Source: Phycisphaerae bacterium
GTDB taxonomy: Bacteria; Planctomycetota; Phycisphaerae; SM23-33
Length of the DNA: 64,000 bases
Direction of reading: 5' to 3'
NCBI GenBank assembly: GCA_041946855.1
Contig: JBHGBE010000005.1
Span: 11,108-75,107 of the forward strand
Shown one piece after another: positions 1-10,600 of the stretch. Below the pieces are notes generated by a model that was given only the letters and a program-made list of their open reading frames with translations, did not search any database and was not told the DNA's origin. Both the position numbers and the translations under genes were made by a program. How positions within the stretch are numbered: position 1 is the first letter of the stretch; the number at the start of each line of letters is the position of its first letter.

Positions 1-613
1 CCAGGCGGGCGTCGTCGAGGTCGTTCTGCGCCTTGGTCAGCGCGTCGTTGGCCTCCTTTGCCTGCGCCTCGGTGAGCCTGCCGCTCTGGAGGTCCTTGCT
101 GGCCTTGTCGATGGCGGCCAGGTCCTTGTTTATCCGGTCGTTGATGTCCGCCAGCGCGGCCAGCTTCTCCTTGACCTGGGCGTTGGGCCCGGCGATGGCG
201 TCGATGGCCTTCTTGCGGTCCTCGCCGGTTGCATCCAGCACGGAGCGTATGCTCGACGACTGGATGTTGGTCTTCTCAAGGTCAACCAGCGCGTTCTGGT
301 AGGCCAGCTTGGCCTCCTGCGTCTCCTTGCGGGGAGCGGGCATGCGCACCTCGAAGCGGTTGCCCTTCAGCGGGCGCCATTCCAGCGAGTACAGGCCGCG
401 CGGGTCGATGCGCTTCTTGAGGACCGAGATGACCTGCGACGGCAGGTCGCTGGAGGTGCTCTCGCCCTCGCTTGTCTGTAGCGCGAAGATCATGCTGGTG
501 CCGCCGCGGAGGTCGATGCCCAGCTTGACTCCCGAGAAGAGCCAGATGCCCAGCGCCAACGCGATGAGCAGGACGACCAGGCCGAGTTTCACTGGCAGGT
601 ATTTTGCGTTCAT
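1..613 (-). CDS. secD: Protein translocase subunit SecD, N-terminal part. The gene continues past the window start (partial).
   Basis: Reverse-strand translation from ATG (complement of cat at about 611-613) gives MNAKYLPVKLGLVVLLIALALGIWLFSGVKLGIDLRGGTSMIFALQ... The LGIDLRGG motif and an N-terminal TM helix are typical of SecD. The reading frame is open to position 1. Confidence 0.6.
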   Translation of the reverse strand, partial: MNAKYLPVKLGLVVLLIALALGIWLFSGVKLGIDLRGGTSMIFALQTSEGESTSSDLPSQVISVLKKRIDPRGLYSLEWRPLKGNRFEVRMPAPRKETQEAKLAYQNALVDLEKTNIQSSSIRSVLDATGEDRKKAIDAIAGPNAQVKEKLAALADINDRINKDLAAIDKASKDLQSGRLTEAQAKEANDALTKAQNDLDDARL

Positions 614-805
614 TGTGGTCCTGAAAAAGTACTCAATTCCCGAACAGGGCAGCGCCTCGCGCCGGACTTCGGCGCACGCGCTCGAACCCGCGGCGGGCGC
701 ACGCCCGCTGCACCAACGGCGGGCGCGGCCGTCACCGCCGCGAAAACACAACATTCTCGCCCAAACCGCGGCGGCGGTCAAGCAAAACTGACAAGCGGGG
801 ACCAG

Positions 806-2443
806 TCAATGGTTGAAGTGCCTGGTTCCCGTGAAGACCATGGCCAGGCCCAGTTCGTCGGCGCGAGCGATCACGTCGGCGTCCTTCTTGCCGCCGCCAG
901 GCTCGATGACGGCCGTCGCGCCGGCGTCCGCCGCCCAGTCCAGGCTGTCGGGGAATGGGAAGAAGGCGTCGCTCGCCAGGGCGCAGCCTTTCAGATCGAG
1001 CTTGGGCGACTGCGGCGTGCCCCCGCCGTACTGTCTGGCCAGGTGCGTGGCGAGCATGGCCGAGTTGACGCGGCTCATCTGCCCGGCCCCCGCGCCCAGC
1101 AGCATCCTGCCCTTGGCCAGCACGATCGCGTTCGACTTGACGTGCTTGCACACCAGCCAGGCGAACCTCAGGTCGTCCATCTCGCCGGAGGTGGGCTTGC
1201 GCTTGGTGACGACCTTCCACTTGTCCTCGTTCAGGCCCACGAGGTCGCGGTCCTGCACTATCAGCCCGCCGACGACGTACTTGAGGAACTTCTCCCTGTT
1301 GTGCTTTCCCGGCGTCAGGGGCCCCGTCTCCAGCAGGCGAACCTCGCCGCCCCAGCCCTCGCGGGCGCGGATGATGGACAGCGCGTCGGGCTCGAATGAC
1401 GGGGCGATGATGATCTCGGCGAAGAACCCGCCCGCGCCGGCCGCCTTGCCCCACCGCTTGTAGCTCTCGACAATCGCCTGCGCCAGGCCGGCTGTCACGG
1501 GGCGGTTGACGGCGATGATGCCGCCCATCGCGGCGTTCACATCCGCCAGGTACGCCTTGCGGTAGGCCTCGACCAGGTCCTCGTCAACCGCGCACCCGGC
1601 CGGATTCGCGTGCTTTATGATGGCGATGGCCGGCTCCGCGAACTCCTTGACCAGCTCAAGCGCCCCGTTGGCGTCGAAATAGTTGTTGTAGGAAATCTCC
1701 TTGCCGCCCAGGAGCTTCGCGCGTGCGACGCAGGGCTCCGAGGCGTCCGGCGAGACGTAGAACGCCGCCTTCTGGTGCGGGTTCTCGCCGTAGCGGAGGC
1801 CGGCCGACTTGCGGTAGCTCATCACCAGGCGCTGCGGGAACTCCTGACAGAGCTGGCCGGCGAGGTACCCGCAGATGGCGCTGTCGTACGAGCCGGTGAG
1901 CTGGAATGCGGCCAGGGCGAGCTTGCGGCGGGTCTCGAAGCTCACCCCACCGCCGGAGCGCATCTCGGACAGGACCGTCTCGTACTGGCTCCTGTCGGTG
2001 ACGACGGTGACGAACTTGTGGTTCTTGGCGGCGGCGCGGACCATCGCGGGTCCGCCGATGTCGATCATCTCGACCGCCTCGGCCGGCGCGCAGCCCTCCC
2101 TGGCGATGGCCTGCTCGAAGGGATACAGCCCCACGCACACCAGGTCGATAGGCTCGATGCCGTACTTGGCCATGTCGGCCTGATGGGCTGGATCATCCCG
2201 CAGGGCGAGGATGCCGCCATGCACCTTGGGGTGCAGTGTGACGACGCGATGGCCGAGCATCTCCGGAAAGCCCGTCCACTCCTGGACGAAACGGACCTTC
2301 AGGCCGGCGGCCGCCAGGGCCTTGGCGGTGCCTCCGGAGGAGATGATCTCCGCGCCCATCCGCGCCAGCGCGCGGGCGAAGTCCTCGATTCCGGTCTTGT
2401 CGAATACGCTGATGAGGGCACGACGGATGACGACCTTGTCCAT
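806..2443 (-). CDS. purH: Bifunctional AICAR transformylase / IMP cyclohydrolase
   Basis: 545-aa ORF. An MGS-like N-terminal domain (VFDKTGIEDFARAL...GGTAKAL) and an AICARFT C-terminal domain are conserved throughout. Confidence 0.9.
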   Translation of the reverse strand: MDKVVIRRALISVFDKTGIEDFARALARMGAEIISSGGTAKALAAAGLKVRFVQEWTGFPEMLGHRVVTLHPKVHGGILALRDDPAHQADMAKYGIEPIDLVCVGLYPFEQAIAREGCAPAEAVEMIDIGGPAMVRAAAKNHKFVTVVTDRSQYETVLSEMRSGGGVSFETRRKLALAAFQLTGSYDSAICGYLAGQLCQEFPQRLVMSYRKSAGLRYGENPHQKAAFYVSPDASEPCVARAKLLGGKEISYNNYFDANGALELVKEFAEPAIAIIKHANPAGCAVDEDLVEAYRKAYLADVNAAMGGIIAVNRPVTAGLAQAIVESYKRWGKAAGAGGFFAEIIIAPSFEPDALSIIRAREGWGGEVRLLETGPLTPGKHNREKFLKYVVGGLIVQDRDLVGLNEDKWKVVTKRKPTSGEMDDLRFAWLVCKHVKSNAIVLAKGRMLLGAGAGQMSRVNSAMLATHLARQYGGGTPQSPKLDLKGCALASDAFFPFPDSLDWAADAGATAVIEPGGGKKDADVIARADELGLAMVFTGTRHFNH

Positions 2444-2648
2444 CTGGACTCCTTCCCAGGCTATCGCAATTTGCCGAGCGGAAGAGACCGGCGGCGACGG
2501 ACTAGTGACCAGGATGAAGGTGATTGGGCGCTTGCAGGGCGATCAAGCGAGCGTCTTGCTCACGAGGTCTTCGCCTTCCCAGTCCCTAGTCCCTGTTGCT
2601 CCGCCATGTTCCTTTTCAACTATTCAGGTTCCTGGAGACAGGGCGCGG

Positions 2649-3983
2649 CTACGGCGCCAGCGCCTTTGGCGCCGCGGGCGCTGACGTCGTGGTAGGCGCC
2701 GCGGCCCTCTTGGGCCTGAGCTTGCCCGGCTCCTGGAGCATGTCGACCGTCAGCTTGCCCAGGTCGGCGGGCGTGATGCAGAACACCCGCCCGTCGGACT
2801 TGGCGGTGTAGATGGCCGGCGCGGTGGTGTTTCCCGTGAACAGCTCGTGCCCCGTCAAGGCCACGGCGACCGATGGCTTGTTGGGCCCCATCATCTCGTC
2901 GAGGACTTGCAGGTTGCCCGTGCCATCCTTGAGGTAAACGTTCCCGCCGGCTATCGCGAGGACGAGCTGGCCGGTCTTGGAGGTCCATCGCAGGCGCCCC
3001 GTGGCCACGTCCAGCACGTAGAGCTTGTCCTGATCGGCGGCCTGGAATATCGAGCTTTCGCCCACCTGGATGGCCTGGGACAGTTGCCCCTGGCAGATGA
3101 ACGGCTCCCAGAGGCGGGCGCCCGTCATCGCGTCGAAGGCGTAGATGCGGTGGTCCACGCAGGGCACGAAGCACCCGCGCTGGTCGACGTAGATTCCGCC
3201 GCGGATGGGGCCGTCAAGCTTCTGGCTCCATTCCTGCCGTCCCTTGACGCCCAGGGACGTGGCGCAGAATATGCCTCCGCCCTCATTGGTCGCGTAGACC
3301 CTCCCGGCGAAGCACACCAGCGGGGCGGTGATCGGCTCCAACCTGGAGGTCGTGCTCATCGTCCAGACGAGCACGCCTTCCTGAAGCCGGATTGCCTCGT
3401 ACTCGCCCGTGGGCGAGCCGACATAGAACAGGACGCCATCGGTCGCGCCGCGGGTATTGGCGATGAACTTGCGGGGGCCCTGGGCGCTGAAGTCGATCAT
3501 GCCCGGCCGGCGCATGGCCTGCCCGGTGGCGCGGTTGTAGACGGCGACGTAGTTCATCGTGTTGAACATCACCGCGTCGAACGTCATCGCGTTGGTAAGG
3601 CGGGACGGCGTCAGAATCTCGCCCACGCCCGACATGGCCTCGGTCAGGGTCACGCCGTCGGCGTGAATGGGGCCGAAGACCGTGTCGCGTGGAGCGGCCA
3701 GCGTCGCCGCCCACTTCAGGCCGCCGCTGACGGCGTCCACCACGATCACCCTGTTCAGGTTGGTGATGCAGTAGACGTTCTCGTCAAGGCGGCTCAGCCT
3801 GACGACCCACTCGCCGGCCGAGAGCGGGATTGTGCAGTCCCAGTAGTATTGCAGGCCGGCCTTGGCCAGCACGCTGGGGTGAACTACGCCGGACCATTTG
3901 CCCCCGCCGGTGGCGGGCGTGGTCGTGCAGCCGGCCGCCGCACACAACGCGATCGCCGCCATGAACGTGATTGGACTACGCAT
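2649..3983 (-). CDS. PQQ-like beta-propeller repeat lipoprotein (BamB-like)
   Basis: 444 aa. Signal peptide with lipobox (LCAAAGC). Repeated ...YA.D..TG..LW... beta-propeller blades. Ala/Pro-rich C-terminal tail. Confidence 0.6.
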   Translation of the reverse strand: MRSPITFMAAIALCAAAGCTTTPATGGGKWSGVVHPSVLAKAGLQYYWDCTIPLSAGEWVVRLSRLDENVYCITNLNRVIVVDAVSGGLKWAATLAAPRDTVFGPIHADGVTLTEAMSGVGEILTPSRLTNAMTFDAVMFNTMNYVAVYNRATGQAMRRPGMIDFSAQGPRKFIANTRGATDGVLFYVGSPTGEYEAIRLQEGVLVWTMSTTSRLEPITAPLVCFAGRVYATNEGGGIFCATSLGVKGRQEWSQKLDGPIRGGIYVDQRGCFVPCVDHRIYAFDAMTGARLWEPFICQGQLSQAIQVGESSIFQAADQDKLYVLDVATGRLRWTSKTGQLVLAIAGGNVYLKDGTGNLQVLDEMMGPNKPSVAVALTGHELFTGNTTAPAIYTAKSDGRVFCITPADLGKLTVDMLQEPGKLRPKRAAAPTTTSAPAAPKALAP

Positions 3984-3999
3984 GCGTCACTCCTGTCGC

Positions 4000-4218
4000 T
4001 CAGGGTTCCTTGACGTATTCGGCCAGGTCGATTCCATGCTCCCGCTCGAAGGCCCGCAGCAGGTCGATCCGGTCCAGGTCGTCCACTATGCGGTGGGCCA
4101 GCTTGAAGATGTACGGCCGGCCCTCAAGCCGGGCCTTAAGGTCCTGGACCATCTCGTCCCAGCTTCCCTCGTACAACTCTCGCTTGAGAACTACGAGCAT
4201 CCGCTGCTCGCCTGTCAT
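4000..4218 (-). CDS. Small hypothetical protein (about 72 aa)
   Basis: Inner Met (MTGEQRMLVVLKRELYEGSW...) of ORF 4000..4368 chosen as start. The upstream part of the ORF overlaps a palindromic hairpin. Confidence 0.3.
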   Translation of the reverse strand: MTGEQRMLVVLKRELYEGSWDEMVQDLKARLEGRPYIFKLAHRIVDDLDRIDLLRAFEREHGIDLAEYVKEP

Positions 4219-4312
4219 CCGCTGGACGAACTGGCGAATCTGAGCCTGCTTGTCAGCCGTCGTGCCGGCCACAGAGGGTTCCTCGCGACCGCCTTCACGG
4301 TCGATGGCAGGG

Positions 4313-4349
4313 ATCCCCAAACGCGGGATACCGCGTTTGGGGGCCCCCA
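4313..4349 (-). terminator. Perfect hairpin CCCCAAACGCGG-GATA-CCGCGTTTGGGG downstream of the GGDEF/HD-GYP gene
   Basis: 12-bp perfect inverted repeat with a 4-nt loop, seen directly. No clear U-tract follows. Confidence 0.4.
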
Positions 4350-4432
4350 CCGCGCCAACTCGCCTCAAACGCCGGATAATCTACGGGAGGAACCAGAGGA
4401 ATGCAAACTGCAAATTGCGGCTCCAGGACATG

Positions 4433-6718
4433 TCAGCCGGCGTCATTCGGAATGGGGTCCGCAACGTTGTTCCCGTCGGGCACGGCTGCCGAGGGGGCTG
4501 GCTGTTCCGCCTGCCCGCCCCTGCGCGGCGGAAGCTCCATCAGGCCATCGCCCATGCGGGCTGCCACGCTCAGGAACGCCTCGACCACCGAGGGATCGAA
4601 CTGCGCGCCGGCGCCTTTCTCGATCTCGGCGCAGGCCTCCTGCCGGTTCTTGGCGGGGCGATAGGTGCGGCTGGAGGTCATCGCGTCGAACGCGTCGGCC
4701 ACCGCCAGGATGCGCGCGGTGAGCGGGATGGCCGCCCCGGAGATGCCCTCGGGGTAGCCCTTGCCGTCAAATCTCTCATGGTGGTAACGGACGGCCGGTA
4801 TCTCCTGCTCCAGGAACTCCATCCCTTCCATGACCTGCACCGACAGCAGCGTGTGCCGGCGCACGAACGCCTGCTGCTTGTCGCTGAGCGAGCCCGGGCT
4901 CAGCAGCACGGCGTCGGGCATCGCGATCATGCCGACATCGTGGAGCATGGCGGCTATCCGCAACTGCTTGACGACCCTGTCGGGAAGCCCCATCTCCCTG
5001 CCAATCAGGATCGAGTAGTGCTCCACCTTAAGCGTGTGGGCGGCCATGTGATGGTTGCGGTGCTCCAGGATGACGACCATTTCCTCTATGGCCCGCAGGA
5101 ACAGTTCCTTGAACTGGTTGTCCAGCCCGGCGAGCTTCTTGCACATCAAGCCGACCCTGTCGCCGGCCTCGCCGCACTGCCGCCAGTTCACGCCGGTCAA
5201 CTCGCGGGCCTGCACGACGCGGTTGCGGCCGCGCTCCTTGGCGGCGTACAGGGCGCGATCGGCCAGGGCCATCAGCGCGTCCGGGCTGTCCATCTCGCCG
5301 CTGTTGAGGTCCGCCACGCCGATTGAGGCCGTGATCGAGATGCGGGCGGACCCGACGCTTATGGGCAGGCCCGACACGCCCATGGAGATCCTCTCGGCCA
5401 CGGCCTGGGCGTCCGCCGCCGTCGTCTCCGGCAGCAGGACCGCGAACTCGTCGCCGCCTAAGCGGGCGGGCAGGTCGGCCTTGCGGCAGGCGGCCTCCAG
5501 CGCTCGCGTGACTTGCCTGAGCACGTCGTCGCCGGATGCGTGGCCGCCGGTGTCGTTGACGGCCTTGAAGAAGTCGACGTCCATCACCATCACCGACAGC
5601 GGTCGGTTGTACCGCCGGGCCTGGTTGTAGAAGGCCGCCAGGACCTGCTCGAAGTGCCTGCGGTTGGCCAGGCCCGTAAGCTGGTCGATCTTGGACATCT
5701 CCGCCAGGCGGTCGAACGCCGATTCCAGCCGCCTCGCCAGCAGCAGCGGCTCGCCGTGGAGGTCCCGGGTCAGTTCGGCGATACAGCCGCGGCCCGACTC
5801 CAGCCACTGGATCTTCTTCAGCAAGCGCATGGCCGGGCCGGTGACCAGCATGTGCGCGCCCATTATCACCATCAGCGACAGGCCTATGGACAGCGACAGG
5901 ACTATGAGGACTGTCCTTCGTCCGGCGGAAGACTGGAGGTTGGCCTGGGATATCGGCAGTGTGACCCGGAAGTAGCCCGCGGGCTTGCCCGACGCATCGT
6001 GTACCTGCCAGGCTCGCGCCAGGATGTCCTCACCGGATCGCCATGTCGAGCAGGTTGAGATGTCTTCGGTTGCCTCCCCCCGTGGAATCGTGCCATCTGC
6101 AACGAACACGACCTCACCCCCGGCGGCCTGACCCATCTTCGCGAGCACATCCGGGCCGACACCGCGGACAAGCCAGAGATGCCCTGCTATCCGCGAGTCC
6201 CGCCCGATCCTCGTGCGGCAGAACACGACCGGCCCGTCAGGCAGCTTCAGGAAGCCGATGAGACTGTCGCGATGGTCGCCTGGGGCGACGGCGGCTATGG
6301 CCTCCGCCAAAGCGCCACCTTCCGCCGGCCTGCTGTCGGTTGGGCCACGGCCTTCTGTCCAGAAGCCCGAGAGGCTTCCATGCGGATCAACCAGCCAGGC
6401 TTGGTCTGCCCCGGCGGATTCGAGCATCTGGTGCACTACGGCGGCGGTCATCGGTTCATCGGTCTTGTCCAGCATCATCTCGACGACTTCCGTTGACCGC
6501 AGCGCCGCGCGAGAGACGCGCCGCAGGCCTTCCTGCTGGCTGCTCAAGACGAGTTTGGCGGCGCTCTGTGCGCGACCGGCCTGCTCGCGGAGCGCCGACC
6601 ACTCCTGCACGCGGGCCCGCGGCCGCAGGTAGAACAGGTCCAGCAGGAAGATGCCGCCGGCGGCAGTCACGGCGAGGATCAGCAGGATGCCTGATGAAGT
6701 CAGTCGGGTCTTGTCCAC
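4433..6718 (-). CDS. Membrane sensor protein with a GGDEF diguanylate cyclase domain and an HD-GYP phosphodiesterase domain
   Basis: 761 aa. N-terminal TM helix plus a periplasmic region and a second TM helix. RLGGDEF motif. HD...HHERFDGKGYP motif. Confidence 0.85.
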   Translation of the reverse strand: MDKTRLTSSGILLILAVTAAGGIFLLDLFYLRPRARVQEWSALREQAGRAQSAAKLVLSSQQEGLRRVSRAALRSTEVVEMMLDKTDEPMTAAVVHQMLESAGADQAWLVDPHGSLSGFWTEGRGPTDSRPAEGGALAEAIAAVAPGDHRDSLIGFLKLPDGPVVFCRTRIGRDSRIAGHLWLVRGVGPDVLAKMGQAAGGEVVFVADGTIPRGEATEDISTCSTWRSGEDILARAWQVHDASGKPAGYFRVTLPISQANLQSSAGRRTVLIVLSLSIGLSLMVIMGAHMLVTGPAMRLLKKIQWLESGRGCIAELTRDLHGEPLLLARRLESAFDRLAEMSKIDQLTGLANRRHFEQVLAAFYNQARRYNRPLSVMVMDVDFFKAVNDTGGHASGDDVLRQVTRALEAACRKADLPARLGGDEFAVLLPETTAADAQAVAERISMGVSGLPISVGSARISITASIGVADLNSGEMDSPDALMALADRALYAAKERGRNRVVQARELTGVNWRQCGEAGDRVGLMCKKLAGLDNQFKELFLRAIEEMVVILEHRNHHMAAHTLKVEHYSILIGREMGLPDRVVKQLRIAAMLHDVGMIAMPDAVLLSPGSLSDKQQAFVRRHTLLSVQVMEGMEFLEQEIPAVRYHHERFDGKGYPEGISGAAIPLTARILAVADAFDAMTSSRTYRPAKNRQEACAEIEKGAGAQFDPSVVEAFLSVAARMGDGLMELPPRRGGQAEQPAPSAAVPDGNNVADPIPNDAG

Positions 6719-6828
6719 GTTCCCGTCCTGGAGACGAGTTTGTCAGGCGCCAGCGGGCGAGCGGCTGCACGACAGGCTTACGGGTGTGTTATCGGCTTGT
6801 GAAGACAAGACTTTAGCAGCAGGGCGAC

Positions 6829-7500
6829 CTAGCGCAGCGAGACCAGCCCCTTGCGGAGTGCGAACTTGACCAGCGTGGTCTGGTCGTGGATGTTGAGCTT
6901 GCGCATCAGGCGGGTGCGGTGAGTATCGACGGTCTTGACGGCCAGGTTCAGTTGCTCGGCGATCTCGCGGTTGGTCCTGCCTTCGGCGATCATCTTGAGC
7001 ACCTGGCGCTCCCGCGTCGTCAGGCTCTTGTACGGCCCGTCTCCCCCCTGGCCCAGCCGCTGGAGAACCGAGCGGCCGATCCCGGGCCCCAGGTACAGTT
7101 CGCCGCGGGCGACGCGCCTGACGGCCTCTGTCAGTTCCCCGGAGGCGGAGTCCTTGACGAGGTACCCCGACGCCCCGCTTTCAATCGCCGTGGCGACGAA
7201 CTCCTCGTCTTTGTGCATGCTGAGGATGAGCACGGCGGTGCCCTTGGCCTTCCTGACCAGCTCCCGGCAGACGTCCACGCCGTTCATGCCGGGCAGGGTG
7301 ATGTCCAGCACGACCACGTTCGGATGGGTCTGCTGGACCTCATCCACGATCTTCAGGCCGTCGCCGCACTGGCCCACCACGCGGAAGGAGGAATCCTTGG
7401 CGAACAGGGCCGCCAGACCCTCGCGGACCATCTCGTGGTCGTCGGCCAGGAAGACCGCGATCGGCTGTTGGCCGTCAGGCTCAGATGTTTCGCCGGCCAT
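6829..7500 (-). CDS. NarL/FixJ-family response regulator (REC + LuxR-type HTH)
   Basis: Receiver motifs (VFLADDHEMVREGL...VVVLDITLPGMNG). C-terminal LTTRERQVLKMIAEGRTNREIAEQLNLAVKTVDTHR helix-turn-helix. Start placed at the inner Met MAGETSEP. Confidence 0.85.
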   Translation of the reverse strand: MAGETSEPDGQQPIAVFLADDHEMVREGLAALFAKDSSFRVVGQCGDGLKIVDEVQQTHPNVVVLDITLPGMNGVDVCRELVRKAKGTAVLILSMHKDEEFVATAIESGASGYLVKDSASGELTEAVRRVARGELYLGPGIGRSVLQRLGQGGDGPYKSLTTRERQVLKMIAEGRTNREIAEQLNLAVKTVDTHRTRLMRKLNIHDQTTLVKFALRKGLVSLR

Positions 7501-7675
7501 ACCTGTGTCCCGCTGAATGCCGGTCAGATGTGCCCGTCCTTGACGGACTCGGACATCCAATATACACTATCGTCCAATGTCTACGCAAGGTTGAACTCGC
7601 TTCGAGGCAAGAAGACTCGGGTAAGTACCTCATTTTGGAAGCATAATCACCCGACGTATCCGTAGAGGTCAGCAG

Positions 7676-10600
7676 ATGGCTCCAGAAACACCGCTCCCTC
7701 CGCCTTCCGAAGATGCGGCCTCGCTTCGCTGGCGCGTGGCCCAGTTGGAGGAGGAACTGTTCCTGGTTGAGCGGTCCTACCGGCGCGCCCAAGAGACAAC
7801 CACGCTCCCGTCTTCCGGCGACGTGGCCGCGCTGCGACAGCGCGTGGCCCAGTTGGAGGAGCAGTTGTCCAGGGGGGAGCAATCATCCCGCGGCGCGGAG
7901 GACATAACGGCTGCCAGCCCAGCCGACGACGCGGCCGCCCTTCGCCGGCGCGTGGCCCAACTGGAGGGGGAACTGCTCCTCGTTGAGCGTTCCTATCGCC
8001 GGGCCGTGGAGCTTACGCAGCAGGTCGGCCAGGCCTTGCGGGACAGCGAGGAGCGGTACAGGGCCGTCGTCGAGAGCGCAGGCGAGGCAATCGCCGTGAT
8101 AGACCAGTCGGGCAAGTACCTGTTCATCAACACCACCGGTGCCGAGCGGCTCGGGCGGAAGGTCGAGCAGATGGTCGGCCGGACGGTCTGGGACTTCTTT
8201 CCCAAGGAGGCGGCCGACTACGAGGCTGGAATCGTGCGGGAGGTAATCAAGTCAGGCAGGGGACAGGCCGTCGAAGTCTGGATTCCCACTTCACGCGGCA
8301 AGAGGTTCTTCCGGACCACAGTCCAGCCGCTCAGAAGCGAGACGGGGCCGTCCACGGCCGCCATGGTGATCGCCCGTGATTCCACGGACCAGAAACTGGC
8401 CGAGGAGGAAAGCCGCAAGATCGACCAGTGGCTTCAGTTGATCCTTCGCCACAGCCAGGACGGCATAGTCGTTACCGAACGGGACATGAAGACCAGGAAG
8501 AGGCGGCTGATCCTGTGCAACGACCGCTATGCCCAGATGGCCGGGCGCAGCCGCGAGGAACTGATGGCCGCCGACGACCTCGACGTCTTCGTGAGGATTC
8601 ACAAGCGGCCTGACGAGGATGCGGAGGACTGGGAGAAGGTCATTCGCGGCGAGGCCATACGCGGGCGGGCATCATGGATTCGGCCCGACGGCAGGGAGAA
8701 CGTCTACGAATGGATGGCCGCCCCTATCCGTGTGCAGGACAGACTCTACCTGCTGGGCATCGACCGCGACATAACCGAGCAGATGCGCGCGGAGGCGGCC
8801 CTGCGAGAGAGCGAGCAGAGATACCGCGATCTGTTCGAGAACGCCCCCCTGTGCGTCTTCGAGTGCGACGGGCCGTTGGAGGCGCGGAGGATACTCCGGG
8901 CCAACCTGGCCGCCCAGCGGCGGTTCGGCTACTCGGAAGCGGAGTTCGCCAACATGCCGATGGCCCGCATCGTGCCCGAAGGGGCGCGCGGCGACATCGC
9001 GGCCGTGTTCGAGTCGCTCCGCCAGGGCAAGCGCGTGTCAATCGAGACCCCCCACATCTGCCGCGACGGAAGCATCTTTCCCAGCCGGCTGACCGCCACG
9101 ATCCTGCCGGGCACCGAGCCGCCCCGGACGATCGCCATGGTGGAGGACATCACCGAGCTGAAGCAAGCGGAGAAGGCGCTTCTGGCCAGCGAACGCGCGG
9201 AGCGCGACCTGCGATTGCGGCTCAAGGCTATGAACGAGGTAGGCACCGAGCTCTCGCTGGCCCCCTCTTTCGACGAGCTTTGCCGCCAGGCCGTGGTCCT
9301 GGGGACCGAGCGGCTTGGTTTTGAGCGCCTGGGCCTGTGGTTCTGGCAGGATGGGTGCTTTTTCGGGTCGTTCGGCACCGATGAGCGGGGAAATGTGCGC
9401 GACGAGAGGGGCTCACGAGGCGCGGAGGTATTCGACGAGGACCGAAGGGACCTGGTTGAGCGCCGCAAACACTTCATAATCAACCGCGACTGCCCGCTGC
9501 TGAACAGCGTGGGCGAAGTGGTGGGCAAGGGGACCCATATCACCGCCGCGCTGTGGGACGGGCAGAAGGTCATCGGCTTCTTCTCCGCCGACAATCTCCT
9601 GCGCGGCCGGGAGTACACGGAAGCGGACGGGGAGGTGTTGACCCTCTACGCGGCCGTTGTGGCCCGGCTCTGCTCCCGCCAGCGGGCCGAGGATGCGCTG
9701 CGAGAGAGCGAGCGGGCGGAGCGGCGGTTTGGCGAGCAGCTCGTGGCGCTGCACGAACTGGCGAACGAGTTGACGGAAACTTCCTCGTTCGACGAACTGT
9801 GCCGCAAGGCCGTCGAGGCGGGCCGCACGCGCCTGGGCTTTGACCGCCTTGGCCTGTGGTTCATCACGCCCAGGGATGGCGAGATGTCAGGCTCCTACGG
9901 CACCGACGAGAAGGGGCGGACCCGCGACGAACGGACCCACGTGGCTCGCCTGGTCGACGGCCTGGCCACGACCGAGATCGTCAGGAAGAAGACGCGGCTT
10001 GCCATCTGCGAGGGCGCGCCGCTGTACGACGGCGAGCGCCATATCGTGGGCCAGGGCTCCCACGCGGCCGCCGCGCTGTGGGACGGGCGCCAGATCATCG
10101 GCTGCCTGGCGGCCGATAACCTGTTGACCCATCGGCCTTTTTCCCACCAGGACGGCGTGATGCTGAGCCTGTACGCCACCGTGCTGGGGCACCTCTGCAC
10201 GCAGAAGCGGACCGGCGAGGCCGTCCAGGCGCTGCACGCCCAACTCATGAACGCCCGCGAGGAGGAGCGGAGGCGCCTGGCCAAGGAACTCCACGACTCC
10301 GTCGGCCAGCGGATGATCGCGATGAGCCTGGCGATCCAGAACGCCTTAGACTCCATGCCCAAGCCGCCGGCGTCGATCAGCGGACTTTCCCGCATGTGCA
10401 ACGAGATCGTCGACGAAATCCGCGATGCCTGCCACGGGCTTTACCCGCCGACGCTCGAGTCGCTGGGCCTGGGTCCCAGCCTCCGGCAGATAGCCGCGGA
10501 CCTCCGTCCGAAAATGAAGATGCGCGTGACCATCGACCCCGCCCTGGCCCGCAAGAGGCTTGGCGGCGAGATCGAGATCGCCCTGTTCCGCATCGCCCAG

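Noticed and set aside
732-1463. ORFs 732..1454(-), 809..1399(+) and 813..1463(+) overlapping purH
   Set aside because: They are Arg/Gly/Pro-rich translations of alternative frames of the genuine purH gene. High-GC genomes generate long spurious ORFs.
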